The notes under the pieces: model-generated
What the model saw: only the letters and a program-made list of their open reading frames with translations
The model's database searches: none
Told to the model about the DNA's origin: nothing
Part shown: positions 1 through 13,539 of the stretch, piece after piece
Position numbering within the stretch: position 1 is the first letter of the stretch
Layout of the letters: each line of letters begins with the position of its first letter
Source of the DNA: Stegostoma tigrinum
Taxonomy: Eukaryota
Assembly: GCF_030684315.1 (NCBI RefSeq)
Contig: NC_081372.1
Span: forward strand, 1,367,920 to 1,431,919
Direction: 5' to 3'
Length of the DNA: 64,000 nucleotides
Position numbers and translations under genes: made by a program

Positions 1-79
1 TAACCCAGCTAGCCTACAGGTTCACAATTGATTATTATTGAGTCAATGAAGGTTAAAGATCTGTAAAAGAAACATGAAA

Positions 80-935
80 AAAGAACAAAGAACAAAGAAA
101 ATTACAGTGCAGGAACAGGCCCTTCGGCCCTCCAAGCCCTCGCCGATCCAGTTCCTCTGTCTAAACCTGTCATCTATTTTCTAAGGGTCTGTATCCCTTC
201 ACTCCCTGCCCATCCATGTACCTGTCCAGATACATCTTAAAAGACACTATAGTGTCTGCGTCTACCACCTCCACTGGCAACGCATTCCAGGCACCCACCA
301 CCCTCTGCGTAAAGAACTTTCCATGCATATCTCCCTTAAACTCTTCCCCTCTCACTTTGAACTCATGACCCTTAGTAATTGAGTCCCCCAATCTGGGAAA
401 AAGCTTCTTGCTATCCACCCTGTCTATACCTCTCATGATTTTGTAGATCTCAATCAGGTCCCCCCCTCAATCTCCGTCTTTCTAATGAAAATAATCCTAA
501 TCTACTCAACCTCTCTTCGTAGCTAGCACCCTCCATACCAGGCAACATCCTCGTGAACCTCCTCTGCACCCTCTCCAAAGCATCCACATCCTTTTGGTAA
601 AGTGCCGACCAGAACTATAAGCAGTATTCCAAATGTGGCTGAACCAAAGTCTGAAAGAACTGTAACATGACCTGCCAACTCTTGTACTCAATACCCCGCC
701 CAATGAAGGAAAGCATGCCACATGCCTTCTTGACCACGCTATTGACCTGCGTTGCCACCTTCAGGGAACAATGGACCTGAACACCCAGATCTCTCTGTGC
801 ATCAATTTTCTGCAGGGCTTTTCCATTTACTGTATAGTTCGCTCTTAAATTAGATCTTCCAAAATGCATCACCTCGCATATGCCCGGATTGAACTCCATC
901 TGCCATTTACCTGCCCAACTCTCTAATCTATCTAT
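80..935 (-). mobile_element. CR1-group LINE, 5'-truncated 3' fragment (RT C-terminus, 3' UTR and TTCTTTG tail)
   Basis: ORFs 615..899 (MEFNPGICEVMHFGRSN...PHLEYC) and 170..436 (FFTQRVVGAWNALP) are typical CR1 ORF2 C-terminal motifs; a short-repeat tail lies near 80-100. Confidence 0.9.
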
Positions 936-3442
936 ACTTGATTGAGTCTCCCTCTCTCTCTATTCATAAATCACACTGAGATATAAATGAGGCACGCAGG
1001 CTCCTAACTAAATTATGTCTGAAGTGAGGGCAGTGTTTCAGTCAAATAGAAATTGATGGAAATTTCAACACTGGGCCAGAAACACAGTAGCACCGTTATT
1101 CAAAAAAAAAATTGACAACTTAGCTAGTGATGGAAAAAGTCATGTTTCTAAATTTGCTGATGGCATAAGGATCGCCGACATTTGAAGGAACCGTAGATGA
1201 AAATACTGAATTAGACAAGACACTGAGAAAGTGAAAGCTGTGGTTATTGTGAATGTTACCACAAGGTGGCAGCATTGCTACACATGGTGCAGGTAGATTG
1301 GCTTAGATTAGATAAGATTCCCTACACAGGGTCCGGGGGGTCAGCTCCTGAGTGTCTGCTCATTCATATCAGCAACATCCTCTCCTCTTACCGCAATGGT
1401 CAGTACAAAAATCTCAATACAACATTTGAAACTTTGAAAGTAGAGCTTAGACATCACAGGTTAAGCAGTCCCCTGTTACAAACGGGTTCTGTTCTTGAGT
1501 TCATTCTCAAGTCAATTTGTACACAAGTCAGAACACAGCACAGGACGATATAAAACATCCATTCATAAGGACAGGAAACAGTTATATTTTGGATCTTTAA
1601 AGTTACTTCTCTGTATGGGATCACCTTAATTACAAGTGGTTGTAAGTTGATCGTCCATAAAACAGGGGCCCCCTGTAAGTTTTGATGGAGCTCTGGAAGA
1701 CGAGAACATAATGGGATGTACATGACGCTGAGTATGAGATGCTGTCCTTTTAAGGAAGGAAAACTCATTGTAGCAAGCAATCTAACAGCCTGCCCGTGGT
1801 ACAACATCGAGGGCCGAAGGTCCTGTTCTGCGCTGTATTGTTCTATGTTCTAACAGTCTGCCCGTGGTACCCACAGAAATACAAACAGATCTCAGTGAAA
1901 AAAAAGGGCTGTTCTGCAGCAAGAGACATCAGCGGCTGGTGGTTGATTCACCGTTCGGACTAAAAACTACATCAAAGATTAGAAGACACAGGGGTATACC
2001 TCCTGCTGCAGTGATACACAGCACTGGTTAGGCCCCCACACCCTGCTGTCACCGTGGGCTCTGGGCTCCATACCCAGGAAGGAAGGAGAGTCTGACCTGG
2101 GAGGGAGAGATGTATAGATCCCCCAGAATAAAACCTTTACTGCAAACGCTGAAATTACAGGCAGATTACACAAACTACAGTTGTATTCCTTGGAAGTTGG
2201 GAGATTACAGGTAGATTGGATCAAAGTTTTCAAGCCCTGCTTCCCTGCTGTATGACTCTAATGAGAGGAACTAATGGTGTGGGGAGAAACTATTTCTGCT
2301 GGTTGGTAAGTCTAGGATTGTGGGCCACAGTCTGAAAGTGAGAGCCAGTCCTCCCATGAGAGAGATTAAGAAACATTGCTTCACTCAGACCCTCATAGGA
2401 GTTTGGAACTCTCTTCAGCAAAAGGCAATCGATATTAAATCAACTGAAAATATTAAATTTAAGATTGCTATGAGTTTTAGCAACTGAAGGTGTGAAGTGA
2501 TCCTAAGAAGGATATGTGGAGTTAGGACACAGGTCATCCAAGATCTCATTGTATGATGGAACAGGCTAAAGGAGCTGAACGGCCTCCTTCTGTTCCTATG
2601 TCCCGAGAGTAGGGAGGAGTGAGGGCCGGGGAGGGTGTAGATGGGAAGAAGGGGGGAAAAGGAAGGGGAAAGGGGTGGTGTGGTTAGAAGAGTAGGAGGA
2701 AAGGGGAGAGGGATAAAAGGGTGATAGGGAAGAGATCAGGAGGCTGGCTTTATAATGGAGCCAGATGAAGGACAGACAAACCACCGATCACCTTCCAGCT
2801 TCACAACAAAGGAATAAAATGTGGAACTTACCTGTAACATGGGTGATCACCCTTTGTCAAACAGCTCAGGCTGAGACTGGACTCACTCGCAATTCAGTTT
2901 GACAAAGGGACAACAGGAATGTTAGCTTCAGGTTAGAATTCACACAGGCTCCTGAACTGAGGGACTGACTGCACACAGTGAAAAAAACCAGCATTCACTT
3001 CTCAGCCTGAATCAGACCTGTTTATACTCAGTCAGAAAATGCCAAGCACATCCATCAACTCAATCCTTAAGCACTCTAAAGAAATTTTCAAAAAAATCAC
3101 AGGTTACTACTTGACAAGCCTGGACTCTGTTCCAGCAAAGGATCACAGCTTTCAACTTTTAACAGCAAGCCTGTGTTTCCTGCAGCAATGAACAGTTAAT
3201 GCCACGGCTGGGACTGACATATCTGTTTGTTGCCAATGCATGCATAACGGGTTTCGGCAATCCACCCAGCTTTCCCAGGATCCCAGGAGTCTCTCTGCTG
3301 TGAAGGAAATTCACATTCATATGGAGAGACTACATTATTCCAGAGACAACAAGCCTGCCTGCTGTATATTCCTTAAAATACAAGCTCGGTCTCTCTCTGT
3401 GGTCTGTCTGCTTTGAAAGTTCTGTCAATCCAGTAAAACTTT

Positions 3443-3672
3443 ATAACAAATTGTGGAGCTGGATGAACACAGCAGGCCAAGCAGCATCTCAGGAGCACAA
3501 AAGCTGACGTTTCAGGCCTAGACCCTTCATCAGAGAGGCCCATCTCTCTGATGAAGGGTCTAGGCCCGAAACGTCAGCTTTTGTGCTCCTGAGATGCTGC
3601 TTGGCTTGCTGTGTTCATCCAGCTCCACACTTTGTTATCTTGGATTCTCCAGCATCTGCAGTTCCCATTATC
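3443..3672. mobile_element. Palindromic Penelope-like pseudo-LTR-derived element with hammerhead motif
   Basis: Inverted arms centred near 3538, matching the terminus of the GIY-YIG element at 35454-36643; CTGATGA...GAAACGTC at 3548-3575. Confidence 0.85.
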
Positions 3673-4669
3673 ACCAATAAAACATTACTTGCTTTTGTTT
3701 AAGACTGACTGTCACACAACAGTATTTCAAATTAATTTCCCTTTCATTTACCTGATTTTTAGCTGCTACCTGATCTGCTATCAATGGTACAGACTCAATA
3801 TGTTAGCTTGCGCTCTTACACTCCATAATGTACCCCATCACTGAGTATTCTCACCAAGTACCAATGCTTTTGCTGAAAAATATTTTAATATCAATTTGAC
3901 AAAGCTGAAACCAGCTTAGAACAGCTTAGTGCTCATACGTTGTCGCTGCACTCCATGCAAAACCCTGGCCCTGTCTCCAGGTGAAACACAAAAAACAGCA
4001 GGAGACCATTCTGCCCATCAAACCTGTGCCACCATTCAATGTGATCACAGCTGTTCCTCAATCTCAGCAGCATGCTCCTGCTGCGTCCCCTGACCTGCCT
4101 TTCACAGTGTTCTGTGGTTCCACACATTCATCACCTTCCCAGTGGAGGTATCTCTCCTCATCTCCGCTCAAAATGGTCAACCCCATATCCTGAGATTCAT
4201 GACCCCTGCTTCTCGACTCTCCAACCAGGGGAAACATCTTCCCTGGGGCAAATCCGTCTGGGCCTGTTAGAGTTTTATATGTTTTAATTAAATCCTCTCT
4301 TATTCTTCTAAACTCAGCGAATATAGGCCAAGTTGACCCAATCTCTTCTCATCGCTTAGTGCTACCAACCCAGGAGTCAGTTTGCCCAGTTTGTCTCTCA
4401 ATGGCAAATGTATTGTTTCTGTGGTGAAGAGGCTAAAGTTGCACAACACCCAGGGGTGGTCTCGCCAGGGCCCGCTGTAACTTTAATAAGAGTTATTTGT
4501 TTCTCAAGATCTTTTGAATGAAGTGAACAGACTATTTAGCTTCCAACTGCGTGTAACAGTTGCCTGTTTGCTTCCAGTGACAGGTGTACAAGGAGAGCCA
4601 GGTCGCTTCGGGCACTGACCTTTCCCAATCATCACTTCACCAACACTCCGCCATTCTCTATCTCCCTCA

Positions 4670-4681
4670 CGCACACACACA

Positions 4682-4726
<45 letters not shown>

Positions 4727-6373
4727 ACACTTACTCACACACACACTTACTCACACACACAGTTACTCACACACTCACACAAACAGTCACACACACTCAC
4801 TCATACACTTACTCACTAACACACTTATTCACATTCTCACANNNNNNNNNNNNNNNNNNNNNNNNNNNNNNNNNNNNNNNNNNNNNNNNNNNNNNNNNNN
4901 NNNNNNNNNNNNNNNNNNNNNNNNNNNNNNNNNNNNNNNNNNNNNNNNNNNNNNNNNNNNNNNNNNNNNNNNNNNNNNNNNNNNNNNNNNNNNNNNNNNN
5001 NNNNNNNNNNNNNNNNNNNNNNNNNNNNNNNNNNNNNNNNNNNNNNNNNNNNNNNNNNNNNNNNNNNNNNNNNNNNNNNNNNNNNNNNNNNNNNNNNNNN
5101 NNNNNNNNNNNNNNNNNNNNNNNNNNNNNNNNNNNNNNNNNNNNNNNNNNNNNNNNNNNNNNNNNNNNNNNNNNNNNNNNNNNNNNNNNNNNNNNNNNNN
5201 NNNNNNNNNNNNNNNNNNNNNNNNNNNNNNNNNNNNNNNNNNNNNNNNNNNNNNNNNNNNNNNNNNNNNNNNNNNNNNNNNNNNNNNNNNNNNNNNNNNN
5301 NNNNNNNNNNNNNNNNACTTACTCACTCACACACACACACTCACTCACACTCACATTCACACACACACACTTAATCACTTACACTCACACACTCACATTC
5401 ACACACACACACACACACACTCACTCACTCACACACTTACTCACACTCACACACACTTACTCACACACANNNNNNNNNNNNNNNNNNNNNNNNNNNNNNN
5501 NNNNNNNNNNNNNNNNNNNNNNNNNNNNNNNNNNNNNNNNNNNNNNNNNNNNNNNNNNNNNNNNNNNNNNNNNNNNNNNNNNNNNNNNNNNNNNNNNNNN
5601 NNNNNNNNNNNNNNNNNNNNNNNNNNNNNNNNNNNNNNNNNNACACACACACTTACTCTCACATATGCACACACACACACACTTACTCACACACACATAC
5701 ACACACTCACTCACACACACTAACACACACTCACACACACACTCACACTTACTCACTCACACACTTACTCACTCACACACTCACATTCACACACACACAC
5801 TTAATCACTTACACTCACACACTCACATTCACACACACACACTTACACACACATTCACACACACTCACACACACACAATCACTCACACACACATAGGCNN
5901 NNNNNNNNNNNNNNNNNNNNNNNNNNNNNNNNNNNNNNNNNNNNNNNNNNNNNNNNNNNNNNNNNNNNNNNNNNNNNNNNNNNNNNNNNNNNNNNNNNNN
6001 NNNNNNNNNNNNNNNNNNNNNNNNNNNNNNNNNNNNNNNNNNNNNNNNNNNNNNNCACACACACACACTAACACACTCACTCACACACACTCACACATAC
6101 TTAAACACTCACACACACTCACTCACACTCACACACTTACTCACACACACACTCACACACACACTTACACACACTCACATTCACACACACACACACTCAC
6201 TTACACACACACATACTCACTCACACTCACATACACACTTACTCACACACTCACATTCACACACACACACACTCACTTACACACACACATACTCACACAC
6301 TCACACACACACATACTCACTCACACTCACACACACACTTACTCACTCACACACTCACATTCACACACACACT
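4670..6373. repeat. Degenerate (CA)n / CACT-rich microsatellite interrupted by N runs
   Basis: Directly visible low-complexity CA/CT tract with N stretches. Confidence 0.95.
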
Positions 6374-6889
6374 NNNNNNNNNNNNNNNNNNNNNNNNNNN
6401 NNNNNNNNNNNNNNNNNNNNNNNNNNNNNNNNNNNNNNNNNNNNNNNNNNNNNNNNNNNNNNNNNNNNNNNNNNNNNNNNNNNNNNNNNNNNNNNNNNNN
6501 NNNNNNNNNNNNNNNNNNNNNNNNNNNNNNNNNNNNNNNNNCNNNNNNNNNNNNNNNNNNNNNNNNNNNNNNNNNNNNNNNNNNNNNNNNNNNNNNNNNN
6601 NNNNNNNNNNNNNNNNNNNNNNNNNNNNNNNNNNNNNNNNNNNNNNNNNNNNNNNNNNNNNNNNNNNNNNNNAGGCCATTTGGCCCACTGTGTTAGCACC
6701 TGTTCTTCAAACAATTATCATTCCTTGAGGCAACCTTTTGCCATTTCCTCATCCCTACACACCGTTCTGATTCCGAATAATCATCCCATACTTCAACTGA
6801 ACTGCATCCACTGCAATTTCCAGCAGTGCATTCCAGACCCTAACTCTCATAGCGTGAAAACGTTTTTCCTCACTTCATCCTTTAAGACC

Positions 6890-9790
6890 ATAAAAATCAG
6901 GGGCAGGAGGGGGCCATTCAGCCCCGTGAGCCTGCTCTGCTAATCAACAGGATCATGGCTGATCCGACGTTCCTCATGTCCACTTTCCTGCCCTTTCCCT
7001 GTAACCCCTCAATTCTCCACCTGATCAAGAATTTATCTCAGCCTTAAATAGACACAGGGTTCCTGCCCCCAAAGCTCTCTGTGGCAATGAGTTCCATAGA
7101 TTCACAAGTCTCTGAGAGAAGAAACTCCTCCTCATCTCGGTCTTAAATTGATATCCTTTATCCTGAGTCTGTGCCAGCTGGTCCTGGACTCTTCCATGAA
7201 GGGGAACCATCCTCTCAGCATTTACCTGTCAGGGCTCTTAAGACTGTTTCAATCAGATCACCTCTCATTCTTCTAAACTCCAGGGAGTACTGTCCCAAAC
7301 TATTTAATTTTTCGCCACAAGACAATTCCTCCGTCATCCGAGGGAACCTTCTCTGAACTACCTGCAAATGAAACAATATCTTTCCTCAAATAAGGAGACC
7401 AAACCTCAGGGAGCTCTGGATGTGGTCTCACCAGTGCCTTGTACAGCTGCAATAAGGTTTCCTTGTTCTTATACTCCAGCCCCGTCTAATAAGGGTTAGC
7501 ATTCCATTAGCCTTCCTGATTGCCTGCTACTCCCTATGTGCTGGCTTGTGCACTTGTGCATTGGGTGCAGCTTTGGTCTCCCAGTCAGGGAAAGGACATT
7601 CTTGCTATGGCGGGAGTCCAGCGAAGGTTCACCAGACTAATTCCCGGGAAGGCAGGACTGGCATATGAGGAATGGCTGGACTTGTATTCACAGGATTTCA
7701 GAAGAATGAAGGATGAATCTCATAGAAACATAAAATCCTGGTGAGACTGGACAGCCTAGACGTGGGAAGAATATTCCTAATGTTGGAGTAATGCAGAACT
7801 AGGATCATAGTTTGGAAATAAGTAGTAAGCCATTCAGGACTGCGATGAGGAAGAGTTTCCTCACTCAGAGACTTGTGAACCTGTGGAATTCTCTCCCACG
7901 GGAAGCTGTTGGGGCCGGTTCATTAGGTATATTCAAGAGGGAGCTGAATGTGACCCTTGTGGCTAAAGGGATCGAGGGCTATGGAGAGAAAGTGAGAGTG
8001 GGATACTGAAACTGCCTGATCAGTCATGAACATATTGAATAGTGGTGTAGGCTTGAAGGGCCGAGTGGCCTACTCCTGCACCTATTTTCTATGTTTCTAA
8101 GTCCCTATGTGTTGCAGCTTTCTATAGTATCTGTCCACTTATATAATATTCTGTTCTTCTGTTCTCCTTTCCTAAATGAACAATTTCACATTTTCCCACA
8201 TTATACTCCATTTGCCAACATTTTGTCCTCTTACATAACCTATCAATATCTCTCAGTACCACTCTCACAACTTGCCTTTCCACCTGTTGTTGCACTGTTT
8301 GTAAATTCAGCTACAGTACACGCTCTTCCTTCCCCCAAGCCATTAATATACCTTGTAAACAGTTACAGTCCTAGGAACGATCCCTGTGGAACCCACTGGT
8401 TACAGGTAGCCAACCTGAGAAAGAACCCCTTACCCCCACTCGCTGTTTCCTGCCCATGAGCCAATTCTGTAGCCACCTCAATGTACGACCTCCAACATCA
8501 TGGGCTTTTACCTTATGACCTACCCTTGTGCGATGTACCTGGTTAAGTCCAAATACAAAACACCTCTGGGTTTCCCTTCTATCCACACCGATTGAGATTT
8601 CCTCAATAAACGCTAATAAATTAGTCAGACACGATTTCCCTTTCACAAAGCCGTGCTGACTCTGCCTGATTAGATTATGATTTAGTAAATGTTCTGCTAT
8701 TGTTTCTCAATAATTGATCCCAATATTTTTCCAACAAGGAATGGTAGGTTAATCAACCTCTAATTACCTGCTTTTTGCCTCCTCCCCTTTTTGAATAAGA
8801 GTGTTACATTGGCAGCTTCCAAATTCTCCAGTACTTCTCCAGAATCCAAAGATTTTTGGCAAATTACAACCAACTCATCCACAATCTCTGTAACTACCTC
8901 TTTTAGGATCTGAGGAAGCAAGCCATCTGGGCCAGGGGACTTATCTGCGTTTAGCCCCATCAGTTTGTCTAATACTACAGTAACTTCTCTAGCGATGGGG
9001 ATGACTCTTAATTCCTCCCCATTTTCCTCAGTATTAATGGGATTTTCAAAATATCTCCCACTGTAAAGACAGGGGCAAAGTATCTGTTTAGCTGCCCTGT
9101 CATTTCCTTGTTCCCCAAAACCATCTCCCCAGATTCGTTTTCTCATGTTCACTTTGACCTCTCTTTCCTCTTCATATATTTAAAGAGGCTCTTCCTGTCA
9201 GGTTTTTTATTTCTCACTAGTTTTCCCTGGCAGTTTATTTTCTTTGTTTTCATTGTTGTTTAGTTCCCTGTTGGATTACACATCTATCCCAGTCTCCAAA
9301 TTTATCACTGACTGTGACTTCCTTATATATTCTTCTTTTCAACCAACTTCCTTCGTTAGCCATGGGTTAGTTTATTGCCATCTCAGAATCTTTCCTCCTG
9401 ACTGCAATGTATTTTTGCCGAGAGTCATGAGTTACCTGCTTAATTCCATTGCCCGTGCTGCTTACTGTCATTCCTGCTAATCTATCTGTCCAGTTCACTT
9501 CTGTTAACTCAATTCTCATTTCATTGTGATTCTCTTTATTTATGATAAACAGTTATTTCTGACCCAAGTTTTTCACCTCAAACTGAATATTAAATGTTAC
9601 CACATTATGATCACTACTTCCTAAGAGATCTTTCACTCAGGGGTCATTTATTAAACCTGCCTCATTTCCCACTACCATATCCAGAATAGCCCGCTCCCTG
9701 ATTAGCTCCATGGTATATTACCCTAGGAAATTATCCCTAAAGCACTCTACAGATTCATTGTCATAGCTACTCTTTCTAATCAACATGAAG
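6890..9790 (-). mobile_element. Decayed CR1 LINE with a + strand CR1 fragment nested at ~7540-8097
   Basis: Minus-strand ORFs 8760..9152 (DKSPGPDGL), 8371..8646 (KGKSCLTNLL) and 7025..7210 (FFSQRLVNLWNSLP); plus-strand ORFs 7520..7744 and 7812..8009 are CR1 3' motifs in the opposite orientation. Confidence 0.8.
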
Positions 9791-10184
9791 ATTGAAGTCA
9801 TCCATAATTATTGCTCAATTCTTTTTATATGTTCCTATTATTTGTTGATATATTGCCTTTCCCACAGAGTGGTTACTGTTTGAGGACCTGTACACTACTC
9901 CTACCAATGTCTTCTCTGGTGTCAAACCCACACTCAGGTACATCATGTTCCCCCTCCAATAGCTTATCCTTTCACTGCCCCTGTCAATCATATTCTCATC
10001 AATTCAACATCTCTCAGGATCACACTGCCTGGGTCAGTCAGGCCAATTGGTGAGCTTCATGATGGAGTGAGACCATCTCTGCTGACAATGGAAGGTTTTG
10101 TATGATTCCCACTTTCTCTGCAGCACATTCTTCATTTCTGCTCTGTGGAGATGAGAGGAACAGCAGGTGAAATCAATATTCCAT

Positions 10185-10406
10185 GAGATAATGGGAACTG
10201 CAGATGCTGGAGATTCCAAGATGATAAAATGTGAGGCTGGATGAACACAGCAGGCCAAGCAGCATCTCAGGAGCACAAAAGCTGACGTTTCGGGCCTAGA
10301 CCCTTCATCAGAGAGCTCTGATGAAGGGTCTAGGCCCGAAACGTCAGCTTTTGTGCTCCTGAGATGCTGCTTGGCCTGCTGTGTTCATCCAGCCTCACAT
10401 TTTATC
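10185..10406. mobile_element. Palindromic Penelope-derived element with 15-bp TSD and hammerhead motif
   Basis: Near-perfect inverted arms centred near 10315; ATCAATATTCCATGA at 10172-10186 and 10407-10421. Confidence 0.9.
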
Positions 10407-12648
10407 ATCAATATTCCATGATATGGTTTTGCTCTTCCTTTGAAGAGTGCCATTCTCAAATAGGGGAATAATTTCTGATACATTAGATAAGGGAAGTACA
10501 CACTGAGTCACTATGGTTCAGATCTGAACACTATTAAAAAGGCTGAAACTGGGTCTGAGGAAGGGTCATCAAACCTGAAACATTAACTCAGATTTCCCTT
10601 CACAGATGTTGCCAGATCTGCTGAGGTTTTCCAGCAATTTCTGTGTTAGTTTCTGATTTACAGCACCCGCAGTTCTTTCAGTTTTTATTTACTATTGAAG
10701 GGCTGATGTTTGGTTAGGTGTTTTACTGAGTTTCTAAATTGTGAGCAGGAACTGGGAGAAGAATTCTGCAGCAAGATTTGAGATAAACATATTTTACAAA
10801 AATACTGCTCCGGGAGAATTTAATCATATATTTCATATATTGGACAGGGAGGATGCTAATGGAAAACAGGCAATGAAATTTGAAAAGCATGTCTGGAGTC
10901 CTTCCTTAAGGTGGAGAGGCTGGCAGTGCAGAGAAGAGGGTTAATCTGCCTGTTAAAAGTGTATCATTTCTTCCAAAGAGCAATCCAGATAAAGCCACTC
11001 TCCCCCTACCCCCATATTTTCCTAATAACCTTGCAGTTTCTATATTTCCCTCTGTGTGTCCAACACCCTTATGGTTCCAAACCATAATGCAGCGCGAATG
11101 TTAGACCGCGCATTGTGGGATTATCCTTTGACATATTTGTCCTCTGGTCTCAGGATCTTCAGGTACAAAGACCTTATTTGAGGTCAGCAGGAGATGTTCT
11201 TTCAGACAAGATCCTTTGGCTTTCTGCACCTAGACCTCATTTACTTGCTGACCCACCATATCCCTTTACTTAACAAAATGTCATCAACCTCAGGCAGGTG
11301 GGTGATACAGCACCATGGTAACACTGGCATATTTCCACCATCAGGATCACCAACCCCTGACTCACCAATAGGGCACAGGGAGGGCCCTTCCCATCCAGGT
11401 CCCAGGTGAAGCCAGCATTTAATACTCAGCCTACGGGAGGTAGGGCAGGGCAGTGTGTATTGTGGATGGGTTCAGCAGCTTGGACCAAGGTTGGGGTCGG
11501 GGAAGGGCTGGGGGTGACGGATTGCTGGTCAGTGAAAGGTTAAGAGGGGGGGAATGTGTGTTCTCCCCAGGACAACCTCCAACACCCCTGGGTACATTGG
11601 AGAGCCTCACACCCAAGCGTTTGTAACCTGCACCCACCCGGCCCACACCCCTCTATACCTGACACTTCCCCCATCCCTACAAAGTCCATCCTTGCCCCCA
11701 CCCCCACCCTTACACCTCCAGCAAAGTCCTGATTTGGGTAGAGTCTGTGGTTCAGCCACCCCAAGGCCTGCAATACCGGCAGTGGCCACTGATCCTGGGG
11801 TGCTGCTGAGCAGTGACCTCCAATTGGTCAGCAGCTCTACGAGGCGGGGCTCCCTCTTGGAGACAGGTGGAAGCCCCACCTCTTCCATCACCTTAACCAT
11901 TCTGTAAACAGGAGATGACTAACAGGTCCAGGCAGCGGGCTATGGGCGGGATGGAGGGGGAGGTCATTCCTGCCGACTGCCTGTCCACCTTCCACATTAT
12001 GTCCAGGTGTCATTAGAAATGAAGCATGAGTGTCCATCAATGCTCTCAATGCTTTAGAGAGGGGTCTGTAGGGGTTACAGTGCCTTGTCTCCCCCTCCAC
12101 CTCCATTCTGATTTAGCCCCTCCCCATCTCCCTGTCCCCTCCCTCACAGTCAATTGTTCGCATTGCTCCTGTCGGGCTTTGCACGTAAACTATTCAAACG
12201 GAAAAACCAGGTGATTTACTGGTGGTACTCAATGGATGGAAAACAAATCACAGTGACTTGCAGATAGAAACAAATAAATGTTCAGTTGTGTATAAGAGCG
12301 CATCTGGACCTAAAGTGGAGGTGAGCTACTCCCTGAAGCCACACTAGGGAGCAGGGAGACCATCTTCAGCATAACCTCTTTTACCATCAAAACTTCAGGA
12401 AACAAAACTTTAGTTTGTGTAAATTTTCCTCAGAGCTTACCTCTTGGAGTCCAGGTGTCACTCTGGCACGTCAGCTTCCGGCACTCCCTCCAAGGTCACT
12501 ATCTCAGTCCTAAGGCACACTCTCAGAAGGGCTCACAATATCTCCAGTTGTTGTCTAATCTGGGCTTTGTCCTGGTGAAGGAGACATTCTCCAGGAGGCA
12601 GCTGGTCACCATTATCCAGCTGCAGAACAGTGCGGAATGTCTCTATTT

Positions 12649-12747
12649 AAGGTAACACAGTGTAGAGCTGGATGAACACAGCAGGCCAAGCATCATCTTA
12701 GGAGCACAAAAGCTGACGTTTCGGATCTAGACCCTTCATCAGAAAAG
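12649..12747 (-). mobile_element. Solo Penelope pseudo-LTR fragment with 12-bp TSD
   Basis: Same arm sequence as the palindromic copies; ATGTCTCTATTT at 12637-12648 and 12748-12759. Confidence 0.8.
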
Positions 12748-13539
12748 ATGTCTCTATTTGATCAGTTTGATCATCCAAGTGGAGTCTGAAAGGGGTGAGG
12801 GAGTGAAGTCCAGAGTTTGTGTGCAGGGGGAGCCTGTCATCAGTTGCCTCGATGTTCAGGGTCTCCTCTCCCCCCACCCAGTTCCTTGAAGTTGAGGTTC
12901 CCTCTCAGCACACAGTGGGGGCTGGGTCTGGACCCCCTAAGTGTGGGTGATCATGCAAGCATTCTCTGATGATTGATGTCCTGGCCTTCGTGCTGCTCAG
13001 AGAATCCCAATTCTTGTTTCTCCAACGCAGCCAACTCAAAGCAGACCATGATCACTGAGCCAGAACCTTCAGGGAAGTGAAGGAGAAGAGCACATTTATT
13101 CAGATTGTGTCCCGTTAGATTCTCAGACATAGTTCAGGCCCAACACCATCCCATGGAGCCTGCAGTGGCCTTGCTGATATTTGTGAACTACGTGTTCTCT
13201 TGGCAAAATGAAATCAGGCTGTTTCCTTGTGTCAGCAGACACTGATTTTCACTGAATCTCACCAACCCCGGTACATCTCACAGTTAACATCATGTAGCAG
13301 CTTGGGAGCAAAATTGGGAATTCCCGGACTTTAATCCCTTCGCACACTACCTTTTACTGCCCAGTTTGAGGAATGGAGCTCGGTCCATGGAGTTAAAATC
13401 AAGGCTGTGCTATCAGTTCCCACAGCTCTGTCTACAACAGCCGGTTCTATATCTCCACCTCACTTCTCAGCCCCTACAGTGCCTGTGTATTATTAGAACA
13501 TTTGCCTGGCAGCCAGTCCTGGGCAGTCAGCACTGTCAC

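Noticed and set aside
4504-6714. Long His/Thr-rich and Val/Cys-rich ORFs
   Set aside because: Translations of a CA microsatellite and N runs.
10750-13410. Possible decayed Harbinger-like DNA transposon or gene (ORFs 11431-12214)
   Set aside because: Only vague terminal and peptide resemblance; no convincing DDE or Myb motif and no TIR pair that I can support.
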